Below, piece after piece: positions 10,331 to 22,784 of a stretch of DNA of 64,000 nucleotides. This DNA comes from Mobula hypostoma (Eukaryota): contig NC_086097.1 of NCBI RefSeq assembly GCF_963921235.1, positions 238,516,001 to 238,580,000 on the forward strand. Direction: 5' to 3'. Under the pieces are notes generated by a model. It was not told where the DNA came from and did not search any database. It saw only the letters and a program-made list of their open reading frames with translations. The translations under genes were made by a program, and so were the position numbers. The stretch's first letter is position 1; each line of letters starts with the position of its first letter.

Positions 10331-11869
10331 CAGGTTGAAGTAGCAATCCAATACACAGAGAAGAGCAGATTGCCACAATTGCATTTAGAACTACACTCCT
10401 AAGATTACTCTATAGCAATATTAAACAAAAAAATTAGGGAGGAGGTACAGGAGCCTGAAGACCCACAGTCAATAATTCAGCAACAGTTTATTCCTCTCTG
10501 CCATCAGGTTTCTGAATGGTCTATGCTACCTCTTTATTCAATTTTTTAGTGTCAGAAAATCATGGAAAACTACAGTACAGAAACAGGCCCTTTGCTCCAT
10601 CTAGGCCATGCCAATCTATATAGGCCACAACATCAGTTTGTTTACATGGACAGAATGGATTTAAATGGATTTTCTTTTGCATTATTACTTATTTTTGTAA
10701 TTTATGGATTTTTATGTCTTTGCACTGTAATACTGTTGCAAAACAAGAAATGTTATGTCATCTGTCTCCCTGAGAATAAACCTAATCCTGAACAAGGTAG
10801 TGAAAGGAATAAGGGTCCTCTCACGAAATGGTACTTTTTAATTTTGTATTCCAATGGAGTGCTTTGCCAACTTCTCTTTATTGTGACATATGTAGTTTCT
10901 TCCATCAAACTGCTACTAAAAAAACTCTTCTTGTCACATTTGTGCCTCTTTGAAGAATTAATGTCAGAAGTGAAACTCACATCTTGATAAAATGGATTAA
11001 ATTAACTGGTATCCAGTAATGCTTTTTGACTGACATTTTCTTTTCATTTATACAAACTGATGTTGCTGCCAATATGGACTTGTAATGGTGAGTGAATATT
11101 GAACCACCCGAGTGCAATTCAATTTGAAATGAAAGTGGAAGATTTGATTTGCGTTGTTCTTCTTTGTAACCTGGTCTTTAGATGCTGTGATTTAAATTGG
11201 CACCATTTCAATCGATTATGTGTACGACTTGGAGCTCTTATGCATGGGATAATGTCCGTTTTTCATGCAATAATTAATTGGTTGTCCAATACTCATTTCA
11301 ACTGTCATCAGTAGACATGGTCTGTGGACACACAATCACCGTCTTACACTTGTAACGAATGTCACAATCTAACCACATCGTATTACAGAGTTTGGTCTTT
11401 TTCCTTTGAAAAGATGGTGTTAATAAGAATAGACAGAAATAAATATATAAAATGCACAGGACGCTATGATACAGCGAATTCAATCGTTCATTACTCGATG
11501 TATTTGCTTGGCTGTCGATAGCAGTTTTACTTCAAAAGCACTCTAACCCAGACCCCTGCTTATGTCCTGCCGAATGATAAAGATTGAGACTTTCCACAGA
11601 GTTGACTAGTAGATCTCAACATTGCTGGAATTCCCCCAACTCATGTCGGAAAAATAACCTCTCATATTCAACATCGCATTGTTTTCGCTGGGGATTTACG
11701 AATGATGAAGCAAAGAGGAAAATAAATTATATTTTCATAACTGTTTCACTTATGTTTTCAGTTGTTTGTGCATGAACACTACCTTTAAATTTTTAAATAA
11801 CAGGGAAGGCTTGTATGAAAATTATTGAAGAGTTCAATAAGTTGGAGACAAAATTCTTTATACCTTCAT

Positions 11870-12181
11870 CATAGAAACATAGAAACATAGAAAATAGGTG
11901 CAGGAGTAGGCCATTCGGCCCTTTGAGCCTGCACCGCCATTTATTATGATCATGGCTGATCATCCAACTCAGAACCCTGCCCCAGCCTTCCCTCCATACC
12001 CCCTAACCCCCGTAGCCACAAGGGCCATATCTAACTCCCTCTTAAACATAGCCAATGAACTGGCCTCAACTGTTTCCTGTGGCAGAGAATTCCACAGATT
12101 CACCACTCTCTGTGTGAAGAAGTTTTTCCTAATCTCGGTCCTAAAAGGCTTCCCCTCTATCCTCAAACTGTGACCCCTCGC
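11870..12181 (-). mobile_element. Young CR1 LINE 3' fragment
   Basis: RIEGKPFRTEIRKNFFTQRVVNLWNSLPQ; (CATAGAAA)n tail; nearly identical to 59830-60140. Confidence 0.9.
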
Positions 12182-12789
12182 TCTTCTTTTTCTGAGGTTT
12201 TAAGGCAGTTGGCAAACAGCTTTAAGTTGAATCACCAGCACATTCGGAACTGGAGTGTGGGACAGGATATCTAAATCCTATGTATTTATACTTCTATCAA
12301 ATTCCATAAAAACAACTGTTTTCTTAAGGAACTGCACTATATATTTAAAGCAATAATCCTGTGATCCCTTGCTCAAAATACGGTTAATGTTAAATAGTAC
12401 AGATATTTTATTCCATTTTAACTTTTAAATCAACCATCCTCTCTTTTGATTTTACTGTATATTGAACATCTCTTCAGCACATGCTCAACTGCTTCTTGCT
12501 GATTACAATACTCACACCCCCATTGTTGTGCTTCTTCATTAATGTCAATGTACTATTTAAAACCATGTGCCCAAACCTCAATCTCAATATTATCACCTCC
12601 TCCCTCCTGGTCTTTCCTGCATTCCTCGATCAGCACACTTCTGTCTGGATATTATAAAAATATTTTCCTGTTCTCTCTCTATCCCATTGTTTTCTCCATA
12701 TTTTTGACTTTGTTTTATTGTTTTTTTATTTCTCCTTAACTGCAACTTATCTGAATGTCCATATCTGCTCATCTAGCTAGAGATAGGTA

Positions 12790-13420
12790 AATAAATACTT
12801 TATCGATCCCAAAGGAAATTACAGTGTCACAGCAGCATTACAGGTGCTCAGATATACAAATATACAAATATTAGAAGAGAAGTAAGAAAGAATATAAAAT
12901 AAATTACCTCAAACAGTCTAACAGGAGGGGGTCATCACTTCCCAGGCTATAGATTGATTTATTATAGAGCCTAATGGCCGTGGGCAATTGACCTCATATA
13001 ACACTCTTTGGAGCAGCACAGGTGTCTTAGTTTATTATTAAACATGCTCCTCTGTTTAGCCAAGGTAGCACACAGAAGGTGAGAAACATTGTCCAGAATT
13101 GCCAGCATTTTCTGTAGGGTCCTTTATTCTACCACAGCCTCTAGCGTGTCCAGTTTGACTCCTATAACAGAGCCAGCCTTTCTAATCAGTTTACTGAGAC
13201 AGTTGGCATCATCCGTGTTGATGCTATTGCCCCAGCACACCACTGCATCAAAGATTGTACTGGCGACAACAGATTGGTAGAGCATGTAAAGGAGAGGCCT
13301 GCCTACTCCAAAGGACCTCAGTCTCTTCAGGAAGTAGAGGTGACTTTGGACCTTCCTGTACACAGCCTCTGTGTTGGTGCTCCATTCAAGTCTGTCATCC
13401 AGGTGTACCCCCAGATACTT
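12790..13420 (-). mobile_element. Rex1/Babar LINE 3' fragment
   Basis: KYLGVHLDDRLEWSTNTEAVYRK...LYFLKRLRSF...YQSVVAS...VCWG; 3' tail tttgggatcgataaagta. Confidence 0.85.
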
Positions 13421-13501
13421 TTTTGCTAATTTATCTGTTTGTTCATTCCGTCTAACACCAGCATGTGCTGGAATCCACATAAAACATATAAAGGGTCCCA
13501 C
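13420..13501 (-). mobile_element. RNase H fragment of an I/Nimb-like LINE fused in frame to the Rex fragment
   Basis: FMWIPAHAGVRRNEQTDKLAKK matches the RNase H motif W(V/I)PAH.G..GNE.AD.LAK. Confidence 0.7.
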
Positions 13502-13880
13502 CTACCTCATGATAACCTGCCAGCTGAGATCTTATACATTAAGTCCACGAGAGATCCAATCCCAGACTGCACTGGTGTCAAGCAAGGCTGCATCACTCTT
13601 TCAACACTGGCCTAAATCTTGCTCACCATAGTGCTGAACCACCTTCATCAAGTTTCCTGGTGAAAGAGAGGTAACTGCAAGACAAATCCAAAACTGTTTG
13701 GCCTACATTGCATCCACTCGAGAATCAGCACCTCATATTATGTCAAGAAGCTGCAGTATCCACATCATGGATGTTCACAGGGCAGAGCTCCATGTCACAG
13801 ACCAATTGTTCCCTGAACCAAAGGACAGAGTGATCCCTATATTTACTATTTCCAAAATAACTACACTATATGACTCTGTG
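13502..13880 (+). mobile_element. Old RTE (BovB-like) RT fragment
   Basis: LHDN...DPIPDCTGVKQGCITLSTL resembles RTE LHDD...PF.V.TGVKQGCV.APTL. Confidence 0.6.
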
Positions 13881-13904
13881 TATGTCGTGTCCAGCAGTGC
13901 ATTG

Positions 13905-16750
13905 GAACTTAACATCAAAGGATGTACTTTGTATCAAAAGGAAGCCATAGGTGATGATGTGGCTCTGTTGGTAAGAGATGGAACTAAATCTTTAGAAAGA
14001 GGTGACATAGAGTCAGAGAATGTTTAATCTTTGTGGGTGGAGTTAAGAAATTGCAGTAAAAAAAATTATGGAAAACATATATAGGCCTCCAAATAGTAGC
14101 CAAGACGTTGGGTTGAGTTTGCAAAGGGAGCTGGAAAAGGATAATGTCACAATTGTAATGGGGTCTTCAATATGCAAGGTGATTGGGAGAATCAGGCTGG
14201 TGTCGGATCGCAGGAGAGGAAATTTGTTGAAAGCCTACGAGATGGCTTTTTAGGGCAGCTTGTGCTTGAGTCTACTAAGGGAAAGGCTATCTTTGATTGG
14301 GTGTTATTAGGGAGCTTAACGTAAAGGAACCCTGAGGAGACAGTGATCATAATATGATTGAATTCATACTGCAATTTGAGAGGGAGGAGCATAAGTCACA
14401 TGTATCAGTATCACAATGGAATAAATGCAATTACAGAGGCATGAGAGAGGAGCTTGCCCAGGTGGATTGCAGAAGGATACTGGCAGGGATGACAGCAGGG
14501 CAGAGATGGCTGAAGTTTCTGGGAAAAGTTTACAAGTTGCAGGATAGATATGTTCCACAGAGGAAGAAGTTCTCAAATGGCAGGGGCAGGCATCCGTGGC
14601 TGACAAGGGAAATTAACAACTGCACAAAAGCCAAGGAAAGGGCATTTAAGGTAACAAAAGTGAGTGGGAAGTTGAATGATTGGGAAGAATTTAAAATCCA
14701 ACAAAATGCAAAATGCAAGTTGAAAAGCTATAAGAAGGGAAAAGATTAAATATGAGGGCAAACTAGTCAATAAAATAAAGCAGGATACTAGAAGTTTTTT
14801 TTAGTTATATAAAGAGTAAAAAGGTGATAGTTGATATTGGACCATTGAAAAATGATGCTGTTGAGGTAGTAATGGGGGACAAAGAAATGGCAGATGAACT
14901 TAATGGGTACGTTACATCTGTCTTCACTGCGGAAGACGCTAGCAGTGTGCCAGAGGTCTGTGAGTGTCAGGGAGCAAGAGTGAGTGCCATTGCTATTACA
15001 AGGGAAAAGTTGCTAGGCAAACTCAAAGATCTTAAGGCGGATATGTCACCTGGACCAGATGGACTACATCCCAGAGTCCTGAGAGAGGTTCCTGAAGAGA
15101 TAACGGACGCATTGTTCCTGGTCTTTCAAGAATCACGTGATTCTGGCATGGCCCCAGAGGACTAGAAAATTGCATATGTTACTCCACTCTTTAAGAATGA
15201 AGGAAGGCAAAAGAAAAGAAATTATAGGTCATTTAGCCTAACCTGTAAAGGGAAATCTTGCCTGACAAATCTATTAGAGTTCTTTGAGGAAGGAACAAGT
15301 ATGGTGGACAAAGGAGAGGCAGTGGGTGTCATTTACTTGGATTTTTGAAAGGCATTTGATAAGGTGCTACATATGAGGCTACTCAACAAGATAAAATCCT
15401 ATGGTGTTACAGGAAAGATACAAGCATGGGTAGTAGAATGGTTGACAGACAGGAGGCAGCGAATGGGAATAAAAAGAGCCTTTTCTGATTGGCTGCCAGT
15501 GATTAGAGGTGTTCCTTAAGGGTCTGTATTGGGACTGCTGCTTTTCACATTATTTGTCAATGATTTGGATAATAGAGTTGATGACTTTGTGGCGGAGTTT
15601 GCAGATGATACAAAGATAGGTGGAGGGTTAGGTAGTGCTGGGGAAGAAATGCAATTACAGTAGGACCTAGACAAATTAGAAGAATGGGCAAAAAAGTGGC
15701 AAATAGAATGCAGTTTTGGGAAATGTATGATAATGCTTTTTGGTGAAAGGAACAATAATGCAGACTATTATCTAAATGGGGAGAAAGTTGAAAGATCAGA
15801 GGTGCAGAGGGACTTAGGAGCCCTTGTGCAAGACTCCCAGAAGGTTAATTTACAGGTTGAGTCTATGGTAAAGAAGGTAAATGCAATGTTGGCATTTATT
15901 TCAAGGGGAATAGAATATAAAAGCAAGGAGATAATGCTGAGCCTTTATAAGACACCAGTCAGGTTCCACTTGGAATATTGTCAACAGTTTTGTGCCCCAT
16001 ATCTCAGAAAGGATGTGTTGTCATTGGAGAAGAGGTTCATGAGGATGGTTCCAGGAATCAAGTGGTTAACATGTGAGGAGTATTTGGTAGCTTTGGGCCT
16101 GTACTCGCTGGAACTCAGAACAATACAAGGGGATTTCATTGAAACCTACCGAACATAAAAAGGACTAGATAAGGTGGATGTGGAGAGGATGTTTTCTATG
16201 GTGGGGGTATTCAGAACGAGAGGGCATTGCCTCAAAATTGAGGGGTGACCTTTCAAAACTGAGATAAGGAGCATTATTCCACCGAGACTCATTCCACCGA
16301 GATGTTCAGCCAGAGACTCATTCCACTGAGTTGCAACACAGAGCGTCATAGGAAGTCATTCCTGCCTGTGGCCATCAAAATTTACAATTCCTCCCTTGGA
16401 GGGTCAGACACCCTGAGCCAATAGGCTGGTCCTGGACTTATTTCCTGGCATATTTTACATGCTACTATTTAATTATTTATGGTTTTATTACCATTTAATT
16501 ATTTATGGTGCAACTAACGAAAACCAATTTCCCCCAGGATCAATAAAGTATGACTACGACTATGACTATGATATTTTTAGCCTGAGGCTAGTGAATATGT
16601 GAAATGCTTTGCCGCAGACTGCAGTGGAGACCAAGTCCGTGGGTAAATTTAAAGTTGAAGTTGATAGTTTCCTGAGTGGGATCTTGGATCAGTCATGATG
16701 CAATGGCAGAGCAGACTCAATGAGCTGAATGGTGTAATTCTGCTCCTATG
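13905..16750 (+). mobile_element. Degenerate CR1 LINE (endonuclease + RT, many stops and frameshifts), interrupted at 16276-16572
   Basis: IYRPPNS, SDHNMIEF, SPGPDGLHPRVLRE, FADDTKIGG, LEYCQQF...RKD. Confidence 0.9.
16276..16572 (+). mobile_element. Rex1/Babar LINE 3' end nested in CR1
   Basis: RLIP..CNTERHRKSFLPVAIKIYNS; aatttcccccaggatcaataaag followed by (ACTATG)n tail. Confidence 0.8.
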
Positions 16751-16754
16751 TAAG

Positions 16755-17165
16755 GGTGCATGGAGCGTCTGCCTACAACGGGCTGGCTCAACCAGGTGAG
16801 GGTAGCTGGTAGAAATCATACCCCAGTGAATAGGGACATGCCTATCCTAATATGCAAAATCATCTCCGGCGGACTGGCAGATGAGGTCAACAGTGAGATC
16901 CAAGGCTTGGGAAGATTGTTCTACAACTCTTCGAGGAGAATGAAGGCACAGAAGAAGTCATGGTCATCCACTGCTACCAAGGAGATCCCAGTTGTGATGA
17001 CTACTTATACCACTGGACCCAGCCAAGCTCAAGAGAGTGGTGCTTCTTCAGTGCAATGGACTTTTCACCTTAAAATCTCTCCTACATAGATTTCTTCATG
17101 CAGTTCATAATCTGCTTGAGAACTGCACAAATCTACCTGTCATCATTGGATACACGGATAACAAA
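16755..17165 (+). mobile_element. Probable RTE-derived non-autonomous repeat
   Basis: Resembles RTE 5' UTR-derived repeats of chondrichthyans from memory; no coding motif seen. Confidence 0.35.
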
Positions 17166-17609
17166 TCAATGAATCACCAATCTGTGCCTATCATACGTAC
17201 AACTTCTGACTACAAAGATTTGTGACAAAACAGTGTTAACTATGAACATTTCCCATATTGTTGTAGCCACAACTCAGTCAGACACTGATGATGAAATACA
17301 TCATCACCTTCATAATTTTAAACCAGTACAGAACTCACTGTACAGGGCAGTACAGATCCCTAGACTTCTGCATTATTCTGAAAAAATGGCTGTCTACATC
17401 CCGATAAAGCATTGTGTTGTTTTACAAGTTTGTACAGATTTGACATGTCACCTAAAACCATAACAAGCTTCTATAGATGTACAGTGGAGAGTATCCTAAC
17501 TGATTGCATCACACCATCCTGTGGAAACACCATTGCCCAAGAACGGATTGCAATTGTTCTCAATGTAACCAAATGATTTATACTTACATTCACATGACTG
17601 CCTGTATTG

Positions 17610-18412
17610 GATAGACTGCACTTGGAGTATAGTGAGCAGTTTTAGGCTCCATATCTAAGAAAAAATGTGGTGGCGTTGGAGAGAGTCCAGAGGAGGTTCA
17701 CAAGAATGATTCAACTAATGAAAGGGTTATTGTATGAGGAGCGTTTGATGGCTCTGGGCCTGTACTTGCTGGAGTTTAGAAGAATAAGGGCAGATGGCTT
17801 TGAAACCTACTGAGTATTGAAAGTGTTAGATAGAGTAAACATGGAGAAGATATTTCGTATAACTCAAAAGGTCAACAATCCTGAGATTCGTTTTCTTGTG
17901 AGTGTACTCAGCAATCCAATAACCATAATAGAATTAATGAAAGATCGAACCCAACAGGGTGGACAACCAGTGTGCAAAAGAAATAATAATAACGAATAGA
18001 TGAACAATAAATATGAAGTTTAGAACAATGAAGAGGGATGTCATTGAAACCTGCCGAATATTGAAAGGCCTAGACAGAATGGACATGGAAAGGATGCTTC
18101 CTATAATGGGGGAGTCTCGGACCAGAGAGCACAGTCTCAGAATAGAAGGACATCCCTTTGGAACAGAAATGAAGAGAAATTTCTTTAGCCAGAAGGTGGT
18201 GAATCTGTGGAATTCATTGACATAGACAGCTGCAGAGGACAATCCATTGGATGTACTTAAAGTGGAGGCTGATACGTTCATGATTAGTAAGGGTGTAACA
18301 GGATACGGGGAGAAGGCTGGAAAATGTGGCTGAGAGGGATAATCACGACGGAATGGTGGAGTAGACTCAGTGTCCAAAAGGGCAAAATCTACTTTTATGC
18401 CTTTTGGTCTTA
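17610..18412 (+). mobile_element. Two CR1 ORF2 C-terminal fragments separated by a LINE tail
   Basis: LEY.EQF.AP.LRK; ESRTREHSLRIEGHPFGTEMKRNFFSQKVVNLWNSL. Confidence 0.8.
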
Positions 18413-19149
18413 TGAACCAAAAATCCTGCATACAGTGACAAATTGTAATTCTTTCTACAACTTTTATGTGCCTGCCAAGTCTAGTTATTATAAGTAAACT
18501 TCCCCATTAATGATACAGACGGCAGATTGAATTATGAGGACAGATTACAGAAATTTAGCATGAATATAAAAAAAGATTAAGGTGTGAGATATTTCAAGTC
18601 TCTTAATGTGATTAAGGAAGTTGATATGATAATATAGTGTGAAACCATTTCTGCTGGTCAGCATCTTGGTTGCTCTGCAGAACTTGTATGAACTGGAGCC
18701 AAATGTCAGATTAGAAAAATATATCAGAATTAAATGTAGAGAAGAGATGATTGAGACTTCCATTGAGAAATAATTTCCGCTTTTATTAGTTTTCAGAAGA
18801 AAATCTGCAGGAGGCTAGATGATTCTATAAGGCTGCCTGCTGAAATGAATTCACATTGATAAGAATTTACGCCATATTGTAGCCATGTAGTTTCATAAAT
18901 ATGACTCTGTAGCATTTTTTGTATTCAATGGGTGTGGGCTGTCAAATCTTCACTCCTTCATACTTTCTACCTTGCATTTTGATGTGTGCACATTTCATAC
19001 TTCTGTAACTAGCACACTCTTTTTGTTCAAGGAATCTAAATGCAAAATTGTGCTGGAATTGGGAAAAATATGTTCTTATTTCATCAGCTGCATGTGACAG
19101 AAAGGGTGTAGTTGTATCTGGGCTCAGGAAGCCAGGCCTCGGTATGGTT

Positions 19150-19640
19150 GTAAAGCAACACACATGAAATGCTGGGGGAACACAGCAGGCCACGCAGCAT
19201 CTGTGGAAATTAATAGATAGTCAATGTTTCAGGCCAAGACCATTCTTCAGGACTGAGAAGGAGGGGGAAAAGATACCAGAATAAAAACGTGGGGGGAGGG
19301 AAGGAAGAGAGCTGGAAGGTGATAAGTGAAGCCAGGTGGGTGGGAAAGATCAAGGGATGGAGAAAGAGGATTCTGATTGGAGAGGAGAGTAGACCATAGG
19401 AGAAAGATGAGGAAGAGGGGAAGTAGTAGGTAGGTGAAAAGAGGTGAAAGATTAGAGCAGGAAATAGAGGAATTGAAGGGGTGTTTTTTTTTTAACCCGA
19501 AGGAGAAATCGACATTTGTGCCATCTGATTGGACACTACCCATACAGAATCTTAGGTGTTGCTCCTCCATCCCAAGAGCTGCCTTATCTTGGCACAAGAG
19601 CAGGCCATGGATCGGCATGTTGAAATGGGAAAGGGAATTG
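19150..19640 (-). mobile_element. Penelope-like element 3' end (GIY-YIG C-terminus + pLTR with degenerate hammerhead at 19219-19254)
   Basis: SHFNMPIHGLLLCQDKAALGMEEQHLRFCMGSVQSDGTNVDFS; agtcCTGAAGAatggtcttggcctGAAAcattgact. Confidence 0.8.
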
Positions 19641-20214
19641 GAATTAAAATATTTGGTATGGTTGGAATGGACTTGGTTTTCTGTCATAATGGATATCAAA
19701 GTATAGAATATTGCTGTAACTGATTGGCAGAAGTTGATTTCAAATGTTTCAGGTTTTTCTAATGCTCCCACAGTAATCTCCTGCCATCCTTCAAACACTT
19801 TTGCACAATTAACCCCTTTTGCACATTTGTTGTTTGTCAGGCTTATTTATCTATAGTTTTTCATAAATTATATTTCCTTATTTTCCTGTAAATGTCTACA
19901 AGAAAATGAATCTCAAGGCAGTATAGGTACTGTGGTAATACATTTTACTTTGATTTTGAACTTTCAAGCCATTTACCTTCTCCTGTCTTGCACCTCACCA
20001 TTTGTTATTGCTTCATCACTGGCAGCTGCCTTTCTACCTACTTTGTCATCAAGATTTTTTGTCAAAATCCAGCAGGCAGGTTTTGGTCACTGGTTTTCAC
20101 ACCACTTTGCACAGCTGTCAAATATTGTTTCATAAAACTCCTTCAAACATTCTCTAATATTTTATTAAGGGTGCTGCATAACTAAAGTGAATGAAAGTTC
20201 ACTTCACTTCAAGG

Positions 20215-21846
20215 GTAGTTATGGAAAGTATGACGATTGAAGAAGAGGAAGTACTGGCGCTTTTAAGGAATATAAAAGTGGATAAGTCTCCAGATCCGGA
20301 CAAGATATTCCCTGGGACCTTGAGAGAAGTTAGTGTGGAAATAGCAGGGGCTCTGACAGAAATATTTCAAATGTCATTAGAAACAGGGATGGTGCCGGAG
20401 GATTGGCGTATTGCTCATGTGGTTCCATTGTTTATAAAGGGTTCTAAGAGTAAACCTAGCAATTATCAGCCTATGAGTTTGACGTCAGTGGTTGGTAAAT
20501 TGATGGAAAGTATTCTTAGAGATGGTATATATAATTATCTGGATAGACAGGGTTTGATTAGGAACAGTCAACATGGATTTGTGCTTGGAAGTACATGTTT
20601 GACAAATCTTATTGAATTTTTTGATGAGGTTACTAGGAAAGTTGATGAAGGTAAAGCAGTGGATGTTGTCTATATGGACTTCAGTAAGGTCTTTGACAAG
20701 GTTCCACACGGAAGGTTAGTTAGGAATGTTCAATCATTAGGCATTAATATCGAAGTAGTAAAATGGATTCAGCAGTGGCTGGACGGGAGACACCAGAGAG
20801 TAGTGGTGGATAACTGTGTGTCAGGTTGGAGGACGGTGTGTAGCGGTGTGCCTCAGGGATCTGTACTGGGTCCAATGTTGATTGTCATACATATTAATGA
20901 TCTGGATGATGGGGTGGTAAATTGGATTAGTAAGTATGCAGATGATACTAAGATAGGTGGCGTTGTGGATAACGAGAAGGTTTTCAAAGCTTGCAGAGAG
21001 ATTTAGGCCAGTTAGAAGAGTGGGCTGAAAGATGGCAGATGGAGTTTAATGCTGAAAAATGTGAGGTGCTACATTTTGGTAGGACTAATCAAAATAGGAC
21101 ATACATGATAAATGGTAGGGCATTGAAGAATGCAGTAGAACAGAGGGATCTAGGAATAATGGTGCATAGTTCCCTGAAGGTGGAATCTCATGTGGATAGG
21201 ATGGTGAAGAAAGCTTTTGGTATGCTGGCCTTTATTAATCAGAGCATTGAGTATTGGAGTTGGGATGTAATGCTGAAATTGTATAAGGCATTGGTAAGGC
21301 CAAGTTTGGAGTATTGTGTACAGTTCTGGTCACTGAATTATAGGAAAGATGTCAATAAAATTGAGAGAGTACAGAGGAGGTTTACTAAAATGTTGCCTGG
21401 GTTTCATTTCCTAAGTTACAGAAAAAGGTTGAACAAGTTGGGTCTTTATTCTTTGGCGCGTAGGAGGTTGAGAGGGGACTTGATAGAGGTGTTTAAAGTT
21501 ATGAGGGGGATTGATAGAGTTGGCCTGGATAGGCTTTTTCCATTGAGAGTGAGGGAGATTCAAATAAGAGGACATGAGTTGAGAGTTAAAGGGCAAAAGT
21601 TTAGGGGTAACATGAGGGGGAACTTCTTTACTCAGAGAGTGGTGGCTGTGTGAAACGAACTTCCAGCAGAAGTGGTTAGGGCAGGTTCGATGTTGTCGTT
21701 TAAAGTTAATTTGGATAGATATATGGACAGGAAGGGAATGGAGTGCAGGTCGGTGGGACTAGGTGAGAGTAGGAGTTCGGCACGGACTAGAAGGGCAGAG
21801 ATGGCCTGTTTCCATGATGTAATTGTTATATGGTTATATGGTTATA
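20215..21846 (+). mobile_element. 5'-truncated CR1 LINE (ORF2 RT, frameshift near 20980)
   Basis: ORFs 20191-21006 and 20991-21653 with GVPQGSVLGP and YADDTK; (GTTATATG)n tail. Confidence 0.95.
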
Positions 21847-22235
21847 AAGTTGATGACATCTTATTTCCTTTTCTGCTGCAGTCACGTTTAGGGATTCAGC
21901 TCGAAACACACCTTAGTATGGACTTAATAGTAAAATACACGGCTGCTATTGCAATTGCTGCTAAAACAAATGTCATTGCCTGCAGTCTGCCATCACTGCT
22001 GGACTTGCATGTGTCCAAGACAAAGAAGCAGGTTGGAAAAATCCTTGTGGACATTGCCCACCCTGCAATCTGCCTTTTCCAAAAGATCCCCTCTGGAAAG
22101 TGCTATAGGGCTATTAAAACAAAAACACGCCATCTTAAATGTTTCTTCCCCCTGGCAGTTGATCTGCTCAACTATTCTAGTTAGCCCTCCCCACACCTCT
22201 CTACTACCTCAGTCATTGCACTGTAAACACCTTAA

Positions 22236-22654
22236 CCCTTACATACTGTTCGGGTTAAATTTGACCCGTTTTGACATTTGACAGCAGTAAAAACACCCTA
22301 AATGCCATTTTTTTAGCGGAAATTTGATGACTTTTCCCAAAGTGATCCAAAATGCACAAAAATAAAAATATTAAAAAATTTTACACTTTTGTACAGGTGC
22401 TACAAATTTTTGTACACTGAGGCTGTTCTGGGTCGAATTTGACCCGTACCTATTGAAATGGAGTTTGGATCTCTGAAACATTAATTAAGGATTAATCACC
22501 CATTTATTAATGTCAGATAGGCTTTTTATACATTCTAAATAGATCTGTGGTTCAAAATTTGGTATAGGCACTTGTTATGAGGGGATTCTTGGGCCGGGTC
22601 AAAATTGACCCGGACTATACTGTGAAGGTATAGAATATGAACAGGTTGCCTGGG
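22236..22654. mobile_element. Non-autonomous piggyBac-like element
   Basis: TTAA TSD (22232-22235, 22655-22658); ends CCC...GGG; imperfect 16-bp TIR (CCCTTACATACTGTTC vs CCCAGGCAACCTGTTC). Confidence 0.8.
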
Positions 22655-22784
22655 TTAAAGCACCATTTATAACGTTGTTTACATTCTAAATACTTGTTGG
22701 TATTTCTGCACATTTTATTCCATTTCCATACTTTAAACTCTAAGCTTAATTTTTATGCATTCCCTATTCTTAATATTGTTGAAT

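Noticed and set aside
11290..11690. Selenoprotein (in-frame TGA codons)
   Set aside because: No recognisable selenoprotein motif or SECIS; TGA is easily produced by chance or by CpG decay.
19977..20181. Coding exon (IRECLKEFYETIFDSCAKWCENQ...)
   Set aside because: Splice-like boundaries exist, but every frame contains stops; kept only as a possible non-coding exon.
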